DNA from: Gemmatimonadota bacterium
Lineage (GTDB): Bacteria; Gemmatimonadota; Gemmatimonadetes; Gemmatimonadales; GWC2-71-9
DNA: 64,000 nucleotides
Direction: 5' to 3'
Assembly (NCBI GenBank): GCA_003221005.1
Contig: QHTZ01000067.1
Location: forward strand, 69,194 to 133,193
Position 1 is the first letter of the stretch, and the number at the start of each line of letters is the position of its first letter. Positions 49,433-59,769 of this stretch are shown piece by piece. The notes under the pieces were generated by a model. It was given only the letters and a program-made list of their open reading frames with translations. It did no database searches and was not told the origin of the DNA. A program made the position numbers and the translations under genes.

Positions 49433-49911
49433 GCCGGGCTGGGCGCGGCCGCCAGGCCTTCGAGCGCGCGCAGGATCCCGTCCGCTCCGGGGTTCACGTC
49501 CGTCGGAGAGACGTAGCTCCAGCGGATGATACCGTCGCGGTCGATGACGAACAGCGCTCGCTCCGTGAAGCCGTCGCGCGCGCGATACACGCCGTAGCGC
49601 CGGGCGACCGCGCCTTTCGGCTCGAAGTCCGCGAGCAACGGGAAGCGCAGCCGCCGATCCCGGGCAAACGCGAGATGACACCACGCCCCATCCACCGAAA
49701 TTCCCATGAGCTCGGCGTCGTGGCGTTGGAACTCAGGCAGCACCTCGTTGTAGAGCGCCATCTGGTCACCGCACACGGGACTCCAATCTGCGGGATAGAA
49801 GGCGAGAATCACCGGATGGCCGCGGAGGTCCCGAAGCGACACGGTCTTGTCCGGCGCGGTGTGCAGCATGAAATCGGGCGCCGGCGTGCCGGCGCGGAGC
49901 GGCCCTGACAT
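49429..49911 (-). CDS. Peroxiredoxin/redoxin (AhpE-like)
   Basis: APDF, FYPADWSPVC, GISVD and ERALFVID. Confidence 0.88.
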   Translation of the reverse strand: MSGPLRAGTPAPDFMLHTAPDKTVSLRDLRGHPVILAFYPADWSPVCGDQMALYNEVLPEFQRHDAELMGISVDGAWCHLAFARDRRLRFPLLADFEPKGAVARRYGVYRARDGFTERALFVIDRDGIIRWSYVSPTDVNPGADGILRALEGLAAAPSPA

Positions 49912-50086
49912 ATCGAGTCCTTTGCGTGGCGAGCGAGCAACGGTGCACCTGAGCCTAACGACCGCCGCGCGTCAAGGGTTCCTCAGCCCCGTAGCCCGCG
50001 GATTCGGACGTTCCCCGCTCGACTCGTGAACGGGCTCACTTGCGGCACCGGTCCGAAAGTGAATCTTGCTGTAGTCTTCCAGGACA

Positions 50087-51778
50087 GTGCCCGTGGGCAA
50101 GTGGCTTGAAATCATCGGACGGTCGCTGCGCGCGCTGCACCTCGACAGCATCAGGAAGCAGATCCTGGTGCTCGCGGTGGCGGCGACGCTGCTTCCCGCG
50201 CTCGCGCTGATCGTGGTGTTGTCGCGCCAGAGCCGCGGATCGCTCGGCGATCAGATCGCCCCTAAGCTCCGCGGCGTGAGCGCCGAGACGACGTGGGAGG
50301 TCGACCAATGGCTCGACGAGCGGCTGGACGATCTGCGGGCGGCGGCGACCTCCTACGCCGTTTCGGATAACCTCGCGCGCATCCAGGGAAGCGCGGGCAG
50401 CCAGGCGCTCGCGCGGCTGCGCGACTATCTCAACTCGGTGCGGGAGCGCTCCGCCGGCTGCGACGCGCTCGTGCTGCTCGACGCGCGCGGCCGCGTGGTG
50501 ACGGGCAGCGGCGGGCGCATGAGCGGGGTGCAGTTTTCCCTCGACAGACTGAACGGCCTCCGCACGGGCGATGCGCTCGTGGGCGACGCATACTGGGACT
50601 CAGGCCTCGGGAAGGCCGCGATCACGCTGGCGGTCCCGATCCGCCAGGCGGATGGGCGGTTCGCCGGCGCACTCACCGCGAAGGTCAACCTGCGCGCCGT
50701 CGCCGACATCCTGCAACGGCTCGCCCCGGGCGAGGGGACTGACGCAACCGACGCCTACGTGATGACGGACCAGGGACGCCTCATCCTGCGGTCCCAGGTC
50801 AGCTCGGTGGAGCTGATGCGGACCAAGCTCCCGGCGACGACGATGCAGCCGCTGTTGGACAAGCAAGGCACCATGGTGGCGTCGAAGAGCCCGGACGGGC
50901 GGGAGGTGCTCGCGACGCTGCGACGCATCCCCGCGCTGCACTGGGCGGTCGTGGTCGAGCTGCCGCGCGCGCAGGCCGTCCGTCAGGCGGGTGTGGTGGG
51001 CGGCGGCACGATCATGCTGTTCATCGTGCTGCTCGCGCTCGCGGGCGCGGTCGCCGGCTTGCTGGGCTTGCTCATCGTGCGACCCGTCGGGCGGCTCGCG
51101 AGCGCCGCGGCGAAGGTGGCGGCTGGGGATCTGTCGGTCGAGATCGCCGGGGGCGGCGGCGGCGAGCTGGGCCAGGTAACCCAGGTGTTCAAGAACCTCG
51201 TGACGCGCGTGCGCGAGCGCGAGGGTCAAGGGGAGCTCGAGCGGCTTTCGGTCACCGACGCCCTCACCGGACTGTACAACCGGCGGCATTTGATGGGGAC
51301 GCTCGCCAACGAGGTGCAGCGGTCGCGGCGCCTGCGTCGCACGTTCTCCGTGCTGCTCGCCGACGTGGATCACTTCAAGCAGTACAATGACACGCACGGC
51401 CACCTGGCCGGGGATGGCGCGCTCGTGAAGATCGCCGAGATCTTGCGGAAGACGACGCGCGGCGTGGACAGCGTGGCGCGCTACGGGGGCGAGGAGTTCG
51501 TGGTGATGCTGATCGAGGCGCCGATCGCGACGGCGCTGACCGTCGCCGAGCGCATTCGGTCCCGCGTGGCGGGCGAAGCCTTCGAGGGTGGCCACATGAC
51601 CGTGAGCATCGGCACAGCGGAGTATCCGGCCCATGGCGACACGCCGGAGGAACTCATCGCGAGCGCCGACGCCGCGATGTACCAGGCGAAGAGCGGCGGT
51701 CGCGATCGCGTGCTGGCCGCCGGCGGGCCGGTGGCGGCGGAGAAGGAGGGGAAGAGACGAAGAAAGGGAGAAGCCTGA
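50087..51778 (+). CDS. Cache-HAMP-GGDEF diguanylate cyclase
   Basis: Two TM segments, HAMP, DALTGLYNR, DVDHFKQYND and RYGGEEF. Confidence 0.93.
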   Translation: MPVGKWLEIIGRSLRALHLDSIRKQILVLAVAATLLPALALIVVLSRQSRGSLGDQIAPKLRGVSAETTWEVDQWLDERLDDLRAAATSYAVSDNLARIQGSAGSQALARLRDYLNSVRERSAGCDALVLLDARGRVVTGSGGRMSGVQFSLDRLNGLRTGDALVGDAYWDSGLGKAAITLAVPIRQADGRFAGALTAKVNLRAVADILQRLAPGEGTDATDAYVMTDQGRLILRSQVSSVELMRTKLPATTMQPLLDKQGTMVASKSPDGREVLATLRRIPALHWAVVVELPRAQAVRQAGVVGGGTIMLFIVLLALAGAVAGLLGLLIVRPVGRLASAAAKVAAGDLSVEIAGGGGGELGQVTQVFKNLVTRVREREGQGELERLSVTDALTGLYNRRHLMGTLANEVQRSRRLRRTFSVLLADVDHFKQYNDTHGHLAGDGALVKIAEILRKTTRGVDSVARYGGEEFVVMLIEAPIATALTVAERIRSRVAGEAFEGGHMTVSIGTAEYPAHGDTPEELIASADAAMYQAKSGGRDRVLAAGGPVAAEKEGKRRRKGEA

Positions 51779-51845
51779 CCCGGGTGCCTTGCGCTCCAGC
51801 TCCCGCTGGGGGGATATAGGGGCGCCCGTTAACGAGAGGATCGTC

Positions 51846-53882
51846 ATGGCCGCCGTCTCCGCTCGTCGCACGCTCCTGCCGCTCACGCTGGTCGTCACAG
51901 TCTGCACCGCGGCCCATGCTCAGGCCGCTGCGCCCGCCCCGTCCGGTGCGACCGCAGCGTGGACGCTCCGGTTGAGGGGGGACGTCCGCTGGCAGCAGGT
52001 CACGCCGGCGGGCGCGCTCCTCGTCTCGACCGACGCATCGCTCGCGGGCGTAGATATCGACCGCGGCCAGGTCACCTGGGAGCGGCCCGAGCTCGGCGGG
52101 TTGCCGGCCGACAGCGTTCGCATGGTCGAAGGCTCGCTTCTCATGGAAGCAGCGCGCCCGGGCTTGCTGTTGATCTTTGACCCAGTGACCGGCGCCGTCG
52201 TCTTCGATTCCCGGCGCCTGAGCCTCACGCAGGTCGTCACCCGCCGCGTCCTGCCCCAGAGCGGCACCCTGCTCGTCCACGGGCGGCGCGCCTCCGGGCC
52301 GCCGGTGGTCGCGCTGTACGATCTGGTGACGGGCGACCAGCGGTGGGCGAACGAAGGGCTGTTCGAGCAGAGCGGGCCTGCGAAACGGGGGTTGGGTGGC
52401 CTGATGCAGGGCCTGGCACGCGCCGTGTCCGGCGGGATCGAGCTGGGAGTTCTGCAGGCGGGTCCAGACATGATCGTGGTCCACACGCTGCTCGGCCTGC
52501 GGGCGCTCGATGCGCGCACCGGCGCGGTGCGGTGGTCCGCGGCGCTGCCCACCGCCCGCGCCGGCAACCCCGCGCGACACGTCCGGCTCTACCCGTCGCT
52601 CGACAAGCCCGACCGCATCTACGTGAGCTTCGACGACCGGCTCATGGCCTATCGCCTCGCGGACGGTCAGGCGTTGTGGGCCAAGCCCCCGACCATCGAG
52701 GGGTGGGTGCACAACATCGTGCAACACCCGAGCGGCATCATCATCCTCCCGGAGTCGCCGCCGCCGGACCAGGCGACCGGCAACGTCCGCATCGTGAACG
52801 GCGTGGTGCAGACGGGGCTGAACGTGGCGCGCTATGAAGATGGAACGACGATCGCCGCGAAGCCGCTGCGCATGCGCGGTACGGTGACGGACGCGATGAT
52901 CGCCGGCGGCTCCGCGGTGCTCGCGGTGGATGCCGAGTCGCGCACCTTCGTGAACGTGCTGGATGTGGCCACGGCGACGCTGCGCCTGAACAAGGATGTG
53001 AAGATCAAGGGCCGACTCGCCTACGCCGAGCTCACGCCGGCGGGCCTGCTGTACATCTCGCGCCCCGACCCGGCGACGAACGCCGAGGTGAACGTCATCG
53101 ATCTTGCCAAGGGTGAGCCGCGGTTCAAGGACGCGATCGAGAGCGGCAAGCCGTGGGGTGGGAACGACACCGACTACGATGCGGCGCGGTACTACCTGCA
53201 TCACGCGGTGGAGGGGCGAATGCTGTACGTGTTCGCGAACCGCGACCACCGCCTCTACGCGGTCGATCGCGACGCCGGCACCTTCCACGCGCTGGGCGGT
53301 GAGATCAAGCTGCAGGGCGGCGAGGATCCGACTGATATGGAGATCCGGCCCGCAGGGATCGTCCTCATCGCGCCGCAGAACCTCGTGGTCCTAGCGCGAG
53401 ATGGACAGGTGAAGCAGCAGGCCTATTACCCGGCGCCACAGCTTCCCGGGCTGCTGCGCGCGCTCCATCGGATCAACGCGGTACGCGCCGGTCTGTACGG
53501 CGCCGCCGCCTCGGCGTACGGCGATGCCTTCGCCCAGGCGTCGCGCACCGCCACGGATTCCACCGCGCGTCGCATCACTGGGCAGCTGGCGACGGCGTAC
53601 ACACAGGGCGGCGCCCAGCTCGCGGGATATGCGCACCAGTCGGCGGCGCTCGCCACGAAGCGTTTCAAGGCCTCGCTCACCGTCGCGGGATCGGTCTTCA
53701 TGCTGACGCGCGCGCCCGATGGCAACGGCAACGTGCTGCTCCAGATCGACAAGGACAGCGGGCAGCCGCGGTCGCGGGTGGATCTCGGCAAGGAGCGCGA
53801 GCCGGTGTACGCGGTGGACGACGTCGCCGGCATGCTGTTCCTGCGCACCGCGTCGGCCACGCTGGTCGGCTACCGGCTCTGA
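51846..53882 (+). CDS. Exported PQQ-like beta-propeller protein
   Basis: Signal peptide and repeated D..TG..W motifs. Confidence 0.75.
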   Translation: MAAVSARRTLLPLTLVVTVCTAAHAQAAAPAPSGATAAWTLRLRGDVRWQQVTPAGALLVSTDASLAGVDIDRGQVTWERPELGGLPADSVRMVEGSLLMEAARPGLLLIFDPVTGAVVFDSRRLSLTQVVTRRVLPQSGTLLVHGRRASGPPVVALYDLVTGDQRWANEGLFEQSGPAKRGLGGLMQGLARAVSGGIELGVLQAGPDMIVVHTLLGLRALDARTGAVRWSAALPTARAGNPARHVRLYPSLDKPDRIYVSFDDRLMAYRLADGQALWAKPPTIEGWVHNIVQHPSGIIILPESPPPDQATGNVRIVNGVVQTGLNVARYEDGTTIAAKPLRMRGTVTDAMIAGGSAVLAVDAESRTFVNVLDVATATLRLNKDVKIKGRLAYAELTPAGLLYISRPDPATNAEVNVIDLAKGEPRFKDAIESGKPWGGNDTDYDAARYYLHHAVEGRMLYVFANRDHRLYAVDRDAGTFHALGGEIKLQGGEDPTDMEIRPAGIVLIAPQNLVVLARDGQVKQQAYYPAPQLPGLLRALHRINAVRAGLYGAAASAYGDAFAQASRTATDSTARRITGQLATAYTQGGAQLAGYAHQSAALATKRFKASLTVAGSVFMLTRAPDGNGNVLLQIDKDSGQPRSRVDLGKEREPVYAVDDVAGMLFLRTASATLVGYRL

Positions 53883-54356
53883 TTATCCGCGGTCGTAGGC
53901 CTGCTGCAGGCCTTTGATGTCGATCTTTTTCATTTGCAGCATGGCCCGCATCGCCCGGTCGGCCTTCGCGGGATCCTTGTCTCCCAACATCTTGCCCAGG
54001 ACGGTGGGAATGATCTGCCACGACAGGCCATACTTGTCCTGCAGCCAGCCGCACTGATCTTCTCTCCCGCCGGCTAACAGCTTCTTCCACAGCTCGTCCA
54101 CTTCCTGCTGTGTCTCGCAGTTCACGAACAGCGAGATCGCCGGTGTGAACTTGAACTGCGGGCCGCCATTGAGGGCGTAAAACTGTTGTCCCTCGAGCTG
54201 GAACGTCGTGGACATCACGGTTCCCTTCGGGCCGGGCCCTGCCGCTCCGTAGCGCGTGACGTTGAGCACCTTCGAGTTCTTGAAGATCGACACGTAGAAA
54301 TTCATCGCCTCTTCGGCTGTGCCGTCGAACCACAGGAACGGGACGATCTTTTGCAT
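53883..54356 (-). CDS. VOC/PhnB-like protein
   Basis: PFLWF..AEEAMNFY, ALNGGP and CGWLQDKYGLSWQ. Confidence 0.92.
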   Translation of the reverse strand: MQKIVPFLWFDGTAEEAMNFYVSIFKNSKVLNVTRYGAAGPGPKGTVMSTTFQLEGQQFYALNGGPQFKFTPAISLFVNCETQQEVDELWKKLLAGGREDQCGWLQDKYGLSWQIIPTVLGKMLGDKDPAKADRAMRAMLQMKKIDIKGLQQAYDRG

Positions 54357-54394
54357 ATGCCCTCTCTCTATTGGCGAAGACACTGGCGATTGGG

Positions 54395-54886
54395 TTACCT
54401 CTTGGTTGACGCCAACAGCTCTGCAAGCCTGTCGTAGCTTGCCGCCACGCCCTTCTCCATCCCCGACTTGAGGACTGCGTCGCGCGCCGCGCGCGACTCG
54501 CAGAGCATCGTCTGCGTGAGGGTCGTCTTGCCGCCCTGCTCGACCAGGACGAGCGTGTCCACGGCCTCGCCCGGGTACCACGCCTCATCGAACTTCTCGG
54601 TGTTGACGATCCGCTCGGGCGCCACGATTTCGCGGTACACGCCACCCATGCCCATCTGGGTTCCGTCGTTGTCCCGGCGCCACACATAGCGGAACCTGCC
54701 GCCGACCCGCAGATCGATCTCGCACACCGGCATCGACCAGCCGGGCGGCCCCAACAGCCACCGCTTGACCAGTTCGGGCTTGGTATGCGCGTCGAAGACC
54801 AGCTTGCGCGGCGCATCGAAGACGCGCGTCATCACGATCTCGCGGTCCGAGGGCGTCGTGAGTTGCAACGTTGCGGCACGTTTCAT
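54395..54886 (-). CDS. SRPBCC/AHSA1-family protein
   Basis: EIVMTRVFDAPRKLVF, DLRVGG and PERIV. Confidence 0.9.
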   Translation of the reverse strand: MKRAATLQLTTPSDREIVMTRVFDAPRKLVFDAHTKPELVKRWLLGPPGWSMPVCEIDLRVGGRFRYVWRRDNDGTQMGMGGVYREIVAPERIVNTEKFDEAWYPGEAVDTLVLVEQGGKTTLTQTMLCESRAARDAVLKSGMEKGVAASYDRLAELLASTKR

Positions 54887-54906
54887 CGGTGATCTCCTGG
54901 TTCTTG

Positions 54907-55233
54907 TCACCTGGTCTTCAGCTCCTCGAGCAGCGCGTCGAGGCGTTGGTAGTTCCGTTCCCACAGCCGGCGGTAGCGTTCCAGCCATTTCGTGGCTTCC
55001 CCAAGGCGCTTGGCCTCGAGGCGGCGGGGTCGTCGCTGCGCGTCGCGGCCGCGCGAAATCAGGCCGGCCCGCTCAAGCACCTTGAGATGCTTGGAGACTG
55101 CGGGCTGGCTCATGGCGAACGGCTTGGCCAGCTCGGTCACCGACGCTTGCCCCGAAGCGAGCCGGGCGAGGATCGCCCGGCGCGTGGGGTCGGCGAGGGC
55201 AGCGAAGGTCGCGTCGAGGTGTTGCTGGTGCAT
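54907..55233 (-). CDS. ArsR-family transcriptional regulator
   Basis: FAALADPTRRAIL and SQPAVSKHLKVLERAGLI. Confidence 0.93.
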   Translation of the reverse strand: MHQQHLDATFAALADPTRRAILARLASGQASVTELAKPFAMSQPAVSKHLKVLERAGLISRGRDAQRRPRRLEAKRLGEATKWLERYRRLWERNYQRLDALLEELKTR

Positions 55234-55242
55234 AACTGGTGG

Positions 55243-55271
55243 GTTATATACGAAGGGATCCCGGCTGTCAA
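55243..55271 (-). promoter_or_regulatory. sigma70-type promoter with an overlapping operator-like inverted repeat
   Basis: TTGACA-N17-TATAAC, 9 nt before the ATG. ataac-N6-gttat spans the -10 and the start codon. Confidence 0.75.
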
Positions 55272-55299
55272 GAGACCGCCAGGGAATCTCCCGAGACTC

Positions 55300-55327
55300 C
55301 CCCCCGACTCCGCGAGGAGTCGGGGGG
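55300..55327 (-). terminator. GC-rich hairpin after the coiled-coil gene
   Basis: ccccccgactcc-gcga-ggagtcgggggg, 12-bp stem; no clear U-tract. Confidence 0.6.
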
Positions 55328-55330
55328 TCT

Positions 55331-57964
55331 TCAGGCCGTCTTCGCCACGGGCTTCTCCGGGCGCAGCTGCGCGCCCGCGGCCCGCACCTTGTCCGTGATC
55401 TCTCGCTCGTCACGCAGCGTGGCGATGAGGGCCTCCGCCTGCTTCGCGTGGAACTCGAGCGATCCGGCCTGCGCGATGACCTGATCCAGCAGGGCCTTCT
55501 GACCGTGCAGTGTTTCGAAGCTCGCCTGCATGTCGGCGAGCACCGCTTCGACGCGGCCCAGGCGCTCTTCCGCCTGCTCGACCTGGCGCTTGCGGTGGTC
55601 CAGTCCGTTGGCGGCGTCGTGGACGTGGCTCACCAAGCCCAGCACGTTCTCGAGCATGGCGCGCGTCTGCGTCACCTCCTCCTTCGCGGCAGCGATCGAC
55701 CGCACGTCGTCCGTGGTGCGCTCGGCCACCTCGAACAGCCGGTGCATGTCTGACTGGAGCGCGTCGAGCGTAGCCTGGCGCTGGGTCAGCTGCTCGAGCG
55801 ATCGCGCGAGGTGCGACTCGACCGCTTCCCACTTGGCGAGCCGCTCCTCGAACTGGGCCATACGCTTCTGCGCGAAGCGCAGGCTACCGGCACGGCTGTC
55901 GAGCTCGTCGAGCGTTGCCGTGAGTTCGGCGAGCCGGCCGCCGGCCGTGGCCAGCGCTCCAGTGAGCTGCCCGCTCCGCTCTTCCAGCTGCTGCGCGCCC
56001 GCCGCCGCCTGCTCCCGCAGCTGCGACACGCGGTCCAGGTGCTCGGTTGCCTTGTCCAGTGCCGCCTGCCGCAGCTCCAGCTCTTGGCCCAGCGTGCGGG
56101 TGCGCTCGGCGACGCCGTCGAGGTTCTGCGTGCGGGCCTCGAGCGACGCGACCGCGGCGTCCACCTCGGCAACGCGGCGCTCCGCCCGCTCGGCCGTGGC
56201 GACGGCGGTGGGGACGAGCTTCTCAATCCGTTCGGCTTCAGCCGCGTGTCCGGCGAGCGCCTGGAAGCGCTCGTCGGCGCCCTCCATCCGCGCGAGCAGT
56301 CCGCGGGTCCGCTCCTCAAGCTGTCCCCCGAGGGAGGCCAACTCCGAGAGCTTGGTATTCGTGTCCTCGAGGAGTCTGCTGCGCGCCTCGATCTGGGCGA
56401 TGGACTGCGACAGCCGGTCGGCCTCGGCCCGGACGCTCTCAACCGTCGGCTTCATCTCCTCGACCTCTGCAAGCTCACCGCGCAGCGCGTTGACCGAATC
56501 GGTCGCGCTGGCGAGCCACGCCTTCGTGCTGACCTGGCCCTCGCGCGCCCGGGCGACCTCCCGTTCGGCGACCTGCACCTGCTCGATGGCGTCCTTCACG
56601 GCCTCGTGCGTCCCCTTGAGGCTCGCGACATCCTGCAGCGCCGCCTCCACTGCGGGTTTCGCCTTCTCGAGCCGCGCCACCAGTTGGGTCATGTGTTCGA
56701 CCGTCTCACTCAGACGGCCAGCGCTCGTCTCCACGGCGCGCACCCGCTCGGCCTGGGTCTCGAGCTGCGCCATGCTTTCCGTCACGCCGTTGAGCTGCGT
56801 CGTCAGGGCGTCTGCCTTCGAGCGCACGTCAGTGATCGTGCGGCTCGACTCGGCGAGCGACCGGACCTGCGCCTCCATGTCGGTCAGCCCGCCACGGAGA
56901 TCGACGATGCGCTGCCCCACCGCGTCGAGGCCTTGGTTCTCAAGCTCGAAGCGCTTTACGGTCCGCTGGACCTCGTCGCGCAGCCCCGCGAGGCGGCCCC
57001 GCAGCTCCTCGTCGGCCCGCTTCGCTTCCTCGTGGCGTGCGCCGATCTCCTGGGTGCGCTCCAGCACCTCGCCGTGGAGCGCGCTGAGCTCACTCACTTT
57101 GGACTCGAGCTCGCCCAACGCCTTCGCGCTCTCCTCGTGCTTGCGGGTCTTGGCGTCCACCTCGCGCATGAGGTCGTGGAGGTGGGCCACCTGGCTGGTG
57201 GTGCGTTCGACGATTTCCCGCTGCTGCTCGAGCGCAGACACCTTCTGGGTGACGGTGTCCGCGAGCGCCTTGAGCGTACCGAGCTGGCGCTTCGTCTGGG
57301 TCGCGTCGGCCGCGGCCTGGGTCAGATCCTTCAGCGTTTCGCCGAGCGCTGCCACGCGGGACTCGGTCGTCGCGACGCCGCCCTGGACTTGCTGCTGCCG
57401 CTCTTCGAAGGCGTTGAGTCGCGTGGCGACCGCTTCGCCGGCCCGGCGGAGCTCCTCCTGGCGATCGCGCACCCGTTCGAACCCCTGAGTGATTTCGCGC
57501 ACCCCGGCCCCGAGCTTGTCCGCATCCATGCGGAGCGCCTTGAACCCGCCCCCCAGCTCGAGGAAGCCGGCGAGGTCGGCCTTTAGGGCGAGCGCCTGCT
57601 CAAGCGTGCCGCGCAGCTCGTCGATCTCGCTCCGGAGCCGCTTCGCATCCTCCGTTGTATTGGTGAGCTGCGTCTCGGTGCGCCGCTGGACCCTTGAGAC
57701 CGCTTCGGTCTGCTCGTCGAGCGTCGCGAGCACGGGGACGAGCCGCTCCAGCCCCTTGACCCTCGCCTGGAGCTCGCTCACCGTCTTCTGGGCCTCGGTG
57801 AGGGGCTGCGTGAGCTGGGTTAGGTTCTGAGCTGACTCCCGTGCCGTGGTCGTCAACCCCTCGAACGCCACCCGCTCCCGCTGCATTTGGGCGAGAATGG
57901 AGCGCAGCTCGGCAGGGAGCTGCTCCGGAGTGGTCTCCTTCCCGAAGATTTTCCAGGCGGCCAT
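55331..57964 (-). CDS. 877-aa coiled-coil protein of unknown function
   Basis: Continuous heptad-like E/L/A/R/Q-rich sequence; no Walker motifs or TM segments. Confidence 0.85.
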   Translation of the reverse strand: MAAWKIFGKETTPEQLPAELRSILAQMQRERVAFEGLTTTARESAQNLTQLTQPLTEAQKTVSELQARVKGLERLVPVLATLDEQTEAVSRVQRRTETQLTNTTEDAKRLRSEIDELRGTLEQALALKADLAGFLELGGGFKALRMDADKLGAGVREITQGFERVRDRQEELRRAGEAVATRLNAFEERQQQVQGGVATTESRVAALGETLKDLTQAAADATQTKRQLGTLKALADTVTQKVSALEQQREIVERTTSQVAHLHDLMREVDAKTRKHEESAKALGELESKVSELSALHGEVLERTQEIGARHEEAKRADEELRGRLAGLRDEVQRTVKRFELENQGLDAVGQRIVDLRGGLTDMEAQVRSLAESSRTITDVRSKADALTTQLNGVTESMAQLETQAERVRAVETSAGRLSETVEHMTQLVARLEKAKPAVEAALQDVASLKGTHEAVKDAIEQVQVAEREVARAREGQVSTKAWLASATDSVNALRGELAEVEEMKPTVESVRAEADRLSQSIAQIEARSRLLEDTNTKLSELASLGGQLEERTRGLLARMEGADERFQALAGHAAEAERIEKLVPTAVATAERAERRVAEVDAAVASLEARTQNLDGVAERTRTLGQELELRQAALDKATEHLDRVSQLREQAAAGAQQLEERSGQLTGALATAGGRLAELTATLDELDSRAGSLRFAQKRMAQFEERLAKWEAVESHLARSLEQLTQRQATLDALQSDMHRLFEVAERTTDDVRSIAAAKEEVTQTRAMLENVLGLVSHVHDAANGLDHRKRQVEQAEERLGRVEAVLADMQASFETLHGQKALLDQVIAQAGSLEFHAKQAEALIATLRDEREITDKVRAAGAQLRPEKPVAKTA

Positions 57965-58295
57965 AACGCGGCCCTCACGAAAGGGTTGAGCTTCCGCACA
58001 CGAAGTGCGGGAGCGTGGCGTTGGCGCCGACGCTGATGAGGACAACAACTGGGGCGGGTGGGCGCACTGTCCCGTCCGACAAACGGCGTCAGTGCGCCCA
58101 CACTATGCAATGGGCGCGACGGCCTTGCAATACTGCGCCGCTACGTCCCGCGAGATCGCGCAGTCAGGGCTTGGGCCGGAACTCGATGTGACGCTTGGAG
58201 TTCCCGGCCTCGCCTTGCGCCGGCCGATCTGCCCCTACGCCGTTCGTCGTGATTACAACGAGGCGTCGGCACAACTCAAGAGAGGAGAAACGGCC

Positions 58296-59240
58296 ATGCG
58301 TTCGTATTCCAAATCACTCGCCTTTCCCTGGAGCGGCGTCGCGGCTCTCGCGGTCGCGGCCATCATCGCCGCCCCCACCCGTCCGCAGGCACAGGTCAGG
58401 CCCACCGCGCAGGGTGCATGGGGGGGCAACACGAACGGGGTCGGCCACTACGCAGACGTAAACGGCATCAAGCTGTACTACGAGACCCTGGGAACGGGCC
58501 GACCGCTCATCCTGCTGCATGGCGGTCTTGGCGCGATCGAGATGTTCGGTCCCAACCTCCCGGCGCTCGCCAAGGGCCGCCAGGTGATCGCCGTCGACCT
58601 CCAGGGCCACGGGCGGACGGCGGACATCGATCGACCCCTGAGCGTCCAGCTGATGGCGGACGACATCGCGGCACTGATCAAGCACCTGGGACTCGAGAGC
58701 GCGGACGTCATGGGCTATTCGCTGGGTGGCGGCGTCGCCCTGCAGACAGCCATCCGACACCCCGAGGTGGTGCGCAAGCTCGTCGTGGTCTCGACGCCAT
58801 TCAGGCGCAGTGGATTCTATCCCGACATACTCGCGCAGCAGGGGCAAGTGACTGCAGCCGCAGCCGAGGCGATGAAGCAGACGCCGATGTATCAGCTGTA
58901 TGCCAGCCTTGCGCCGCGGCCCGAGGACTGGCCACGGCTGCTGGGAAAACTCGGTGACGCGATGAAAGTGGATTTTGACCTCTCGAAGGACATCGCCGGG
59001 ATCAAGGCAACTACACTAGTCATCGCTGGTGATGCCGACATCTTCCCTCCCGCACACGCCGTGGAGCTGTTCGGGCTGCTCGGCGGCGGCCAGCGCGACG
59101 GGGGGTGGGATGGATCGGGGCGTCCGAAGTCCCGGCTCGCCATTCTGCCGGGGTTGACGCACTACACCATCTTCAGCGCGCCGGCGCTCGCGGCCACGGT
59201 GATTCCATTTCTCGACGAACCGGCGACCCCCGGGAAGTGA
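58296..59240 (+). CDS. Alpha/beta hydrolase
   Basis: LLHGG, DLQGHG and GYSLGG. GAGGAG RBS. Confidence 0.92.
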   Translation: MRSYSKSLAFPWSGVAALAVAAIIAAPTRPQAQVRPTAQGAWGGNTNGVGHYADVNGIKLYYETLGTGRPLILLHGGLGAIEMFGPNLPALAKGRQVIAVDLQGHGRTADIDRPLSVQLMADDIAALIKHLGLESADVMGYSLGGGVALQTAIRHPEVVRKLVVVSTPFRRSGFYPDILAQQGQVTAAAAEAMKQTPMYQLYASLAPRPEDWPRLLGKLGDAMKVDFDLSKDIAGIKATTLVIAGDADIFPPAHAVELFGLLGGGQRDGGWDGSGRPKSRLAILPGLTHYTIFSAPALAATVIPFLDEPATPGK

Positions 59241-59263
59241 TCAAGGGAGCCCTGGAGACATCG

Positions 59264-59769
59264 ATGAGACGCTTGATCATGTGGAACATGGTGACCCTCG
59301 ATGGCTTCTTCGAGGGGTCGAACAGCTGGGAGATCGGCTGGCACGAGCTCGGCTGGGGTGGGTGACCTACGAGGGCATGGCCGCCTATTGGCCGTCCGCC
59401 AAAGGCGAGGTGGCCGAAATCATGAACGCGATTCCCAAAGTGGTGTTTTCAAAGACTCTGGCACGCGCTGATTGGAACAACACACGGCTCGTGAAGGGAG
59501 ACGCCGCGCGGGAAGTGCGCCACTTGAAACAGCAGCCCGGTAAGGACCTGCTCATCTTCGGCAGCGCCAAGCTCACCGCTTCCCTGACACGCGAGGGCCT
59601 GATCGATGAGTACCGCCTTGGCTTCAATCCGGTCGTCCTGGGCGCGGGCAGTCCGCTGTTCAAGCCCGAGTCCAGGACCATGAAGATGAAGCTGCTCGAG
59701 GCGCGGGCGCTTCAGACGGGCTGCGTGTTGCTGCGCTACGAGCCTGCGCTAGCGGTTGAGGACGGTTAG
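59264..59769 (+). pseudogene. DHFR/RibD-C-family gene with an internal deletion/frameshift near 59360
   Basis: MRRLIMWNMVTLDGFFEG..GWGG* in one frame; VTYEGM..PKVVFSKTL..FGSA..LIDEY..PVVLGAG in another. The LLFGR segment is absent. Confidence 0.8.

Noticed and set aside
55331-57964. SMC/SbcC annotation for the coiled-coil protein
   Set aside because: No Walker A/B, signature or hinge motifs.
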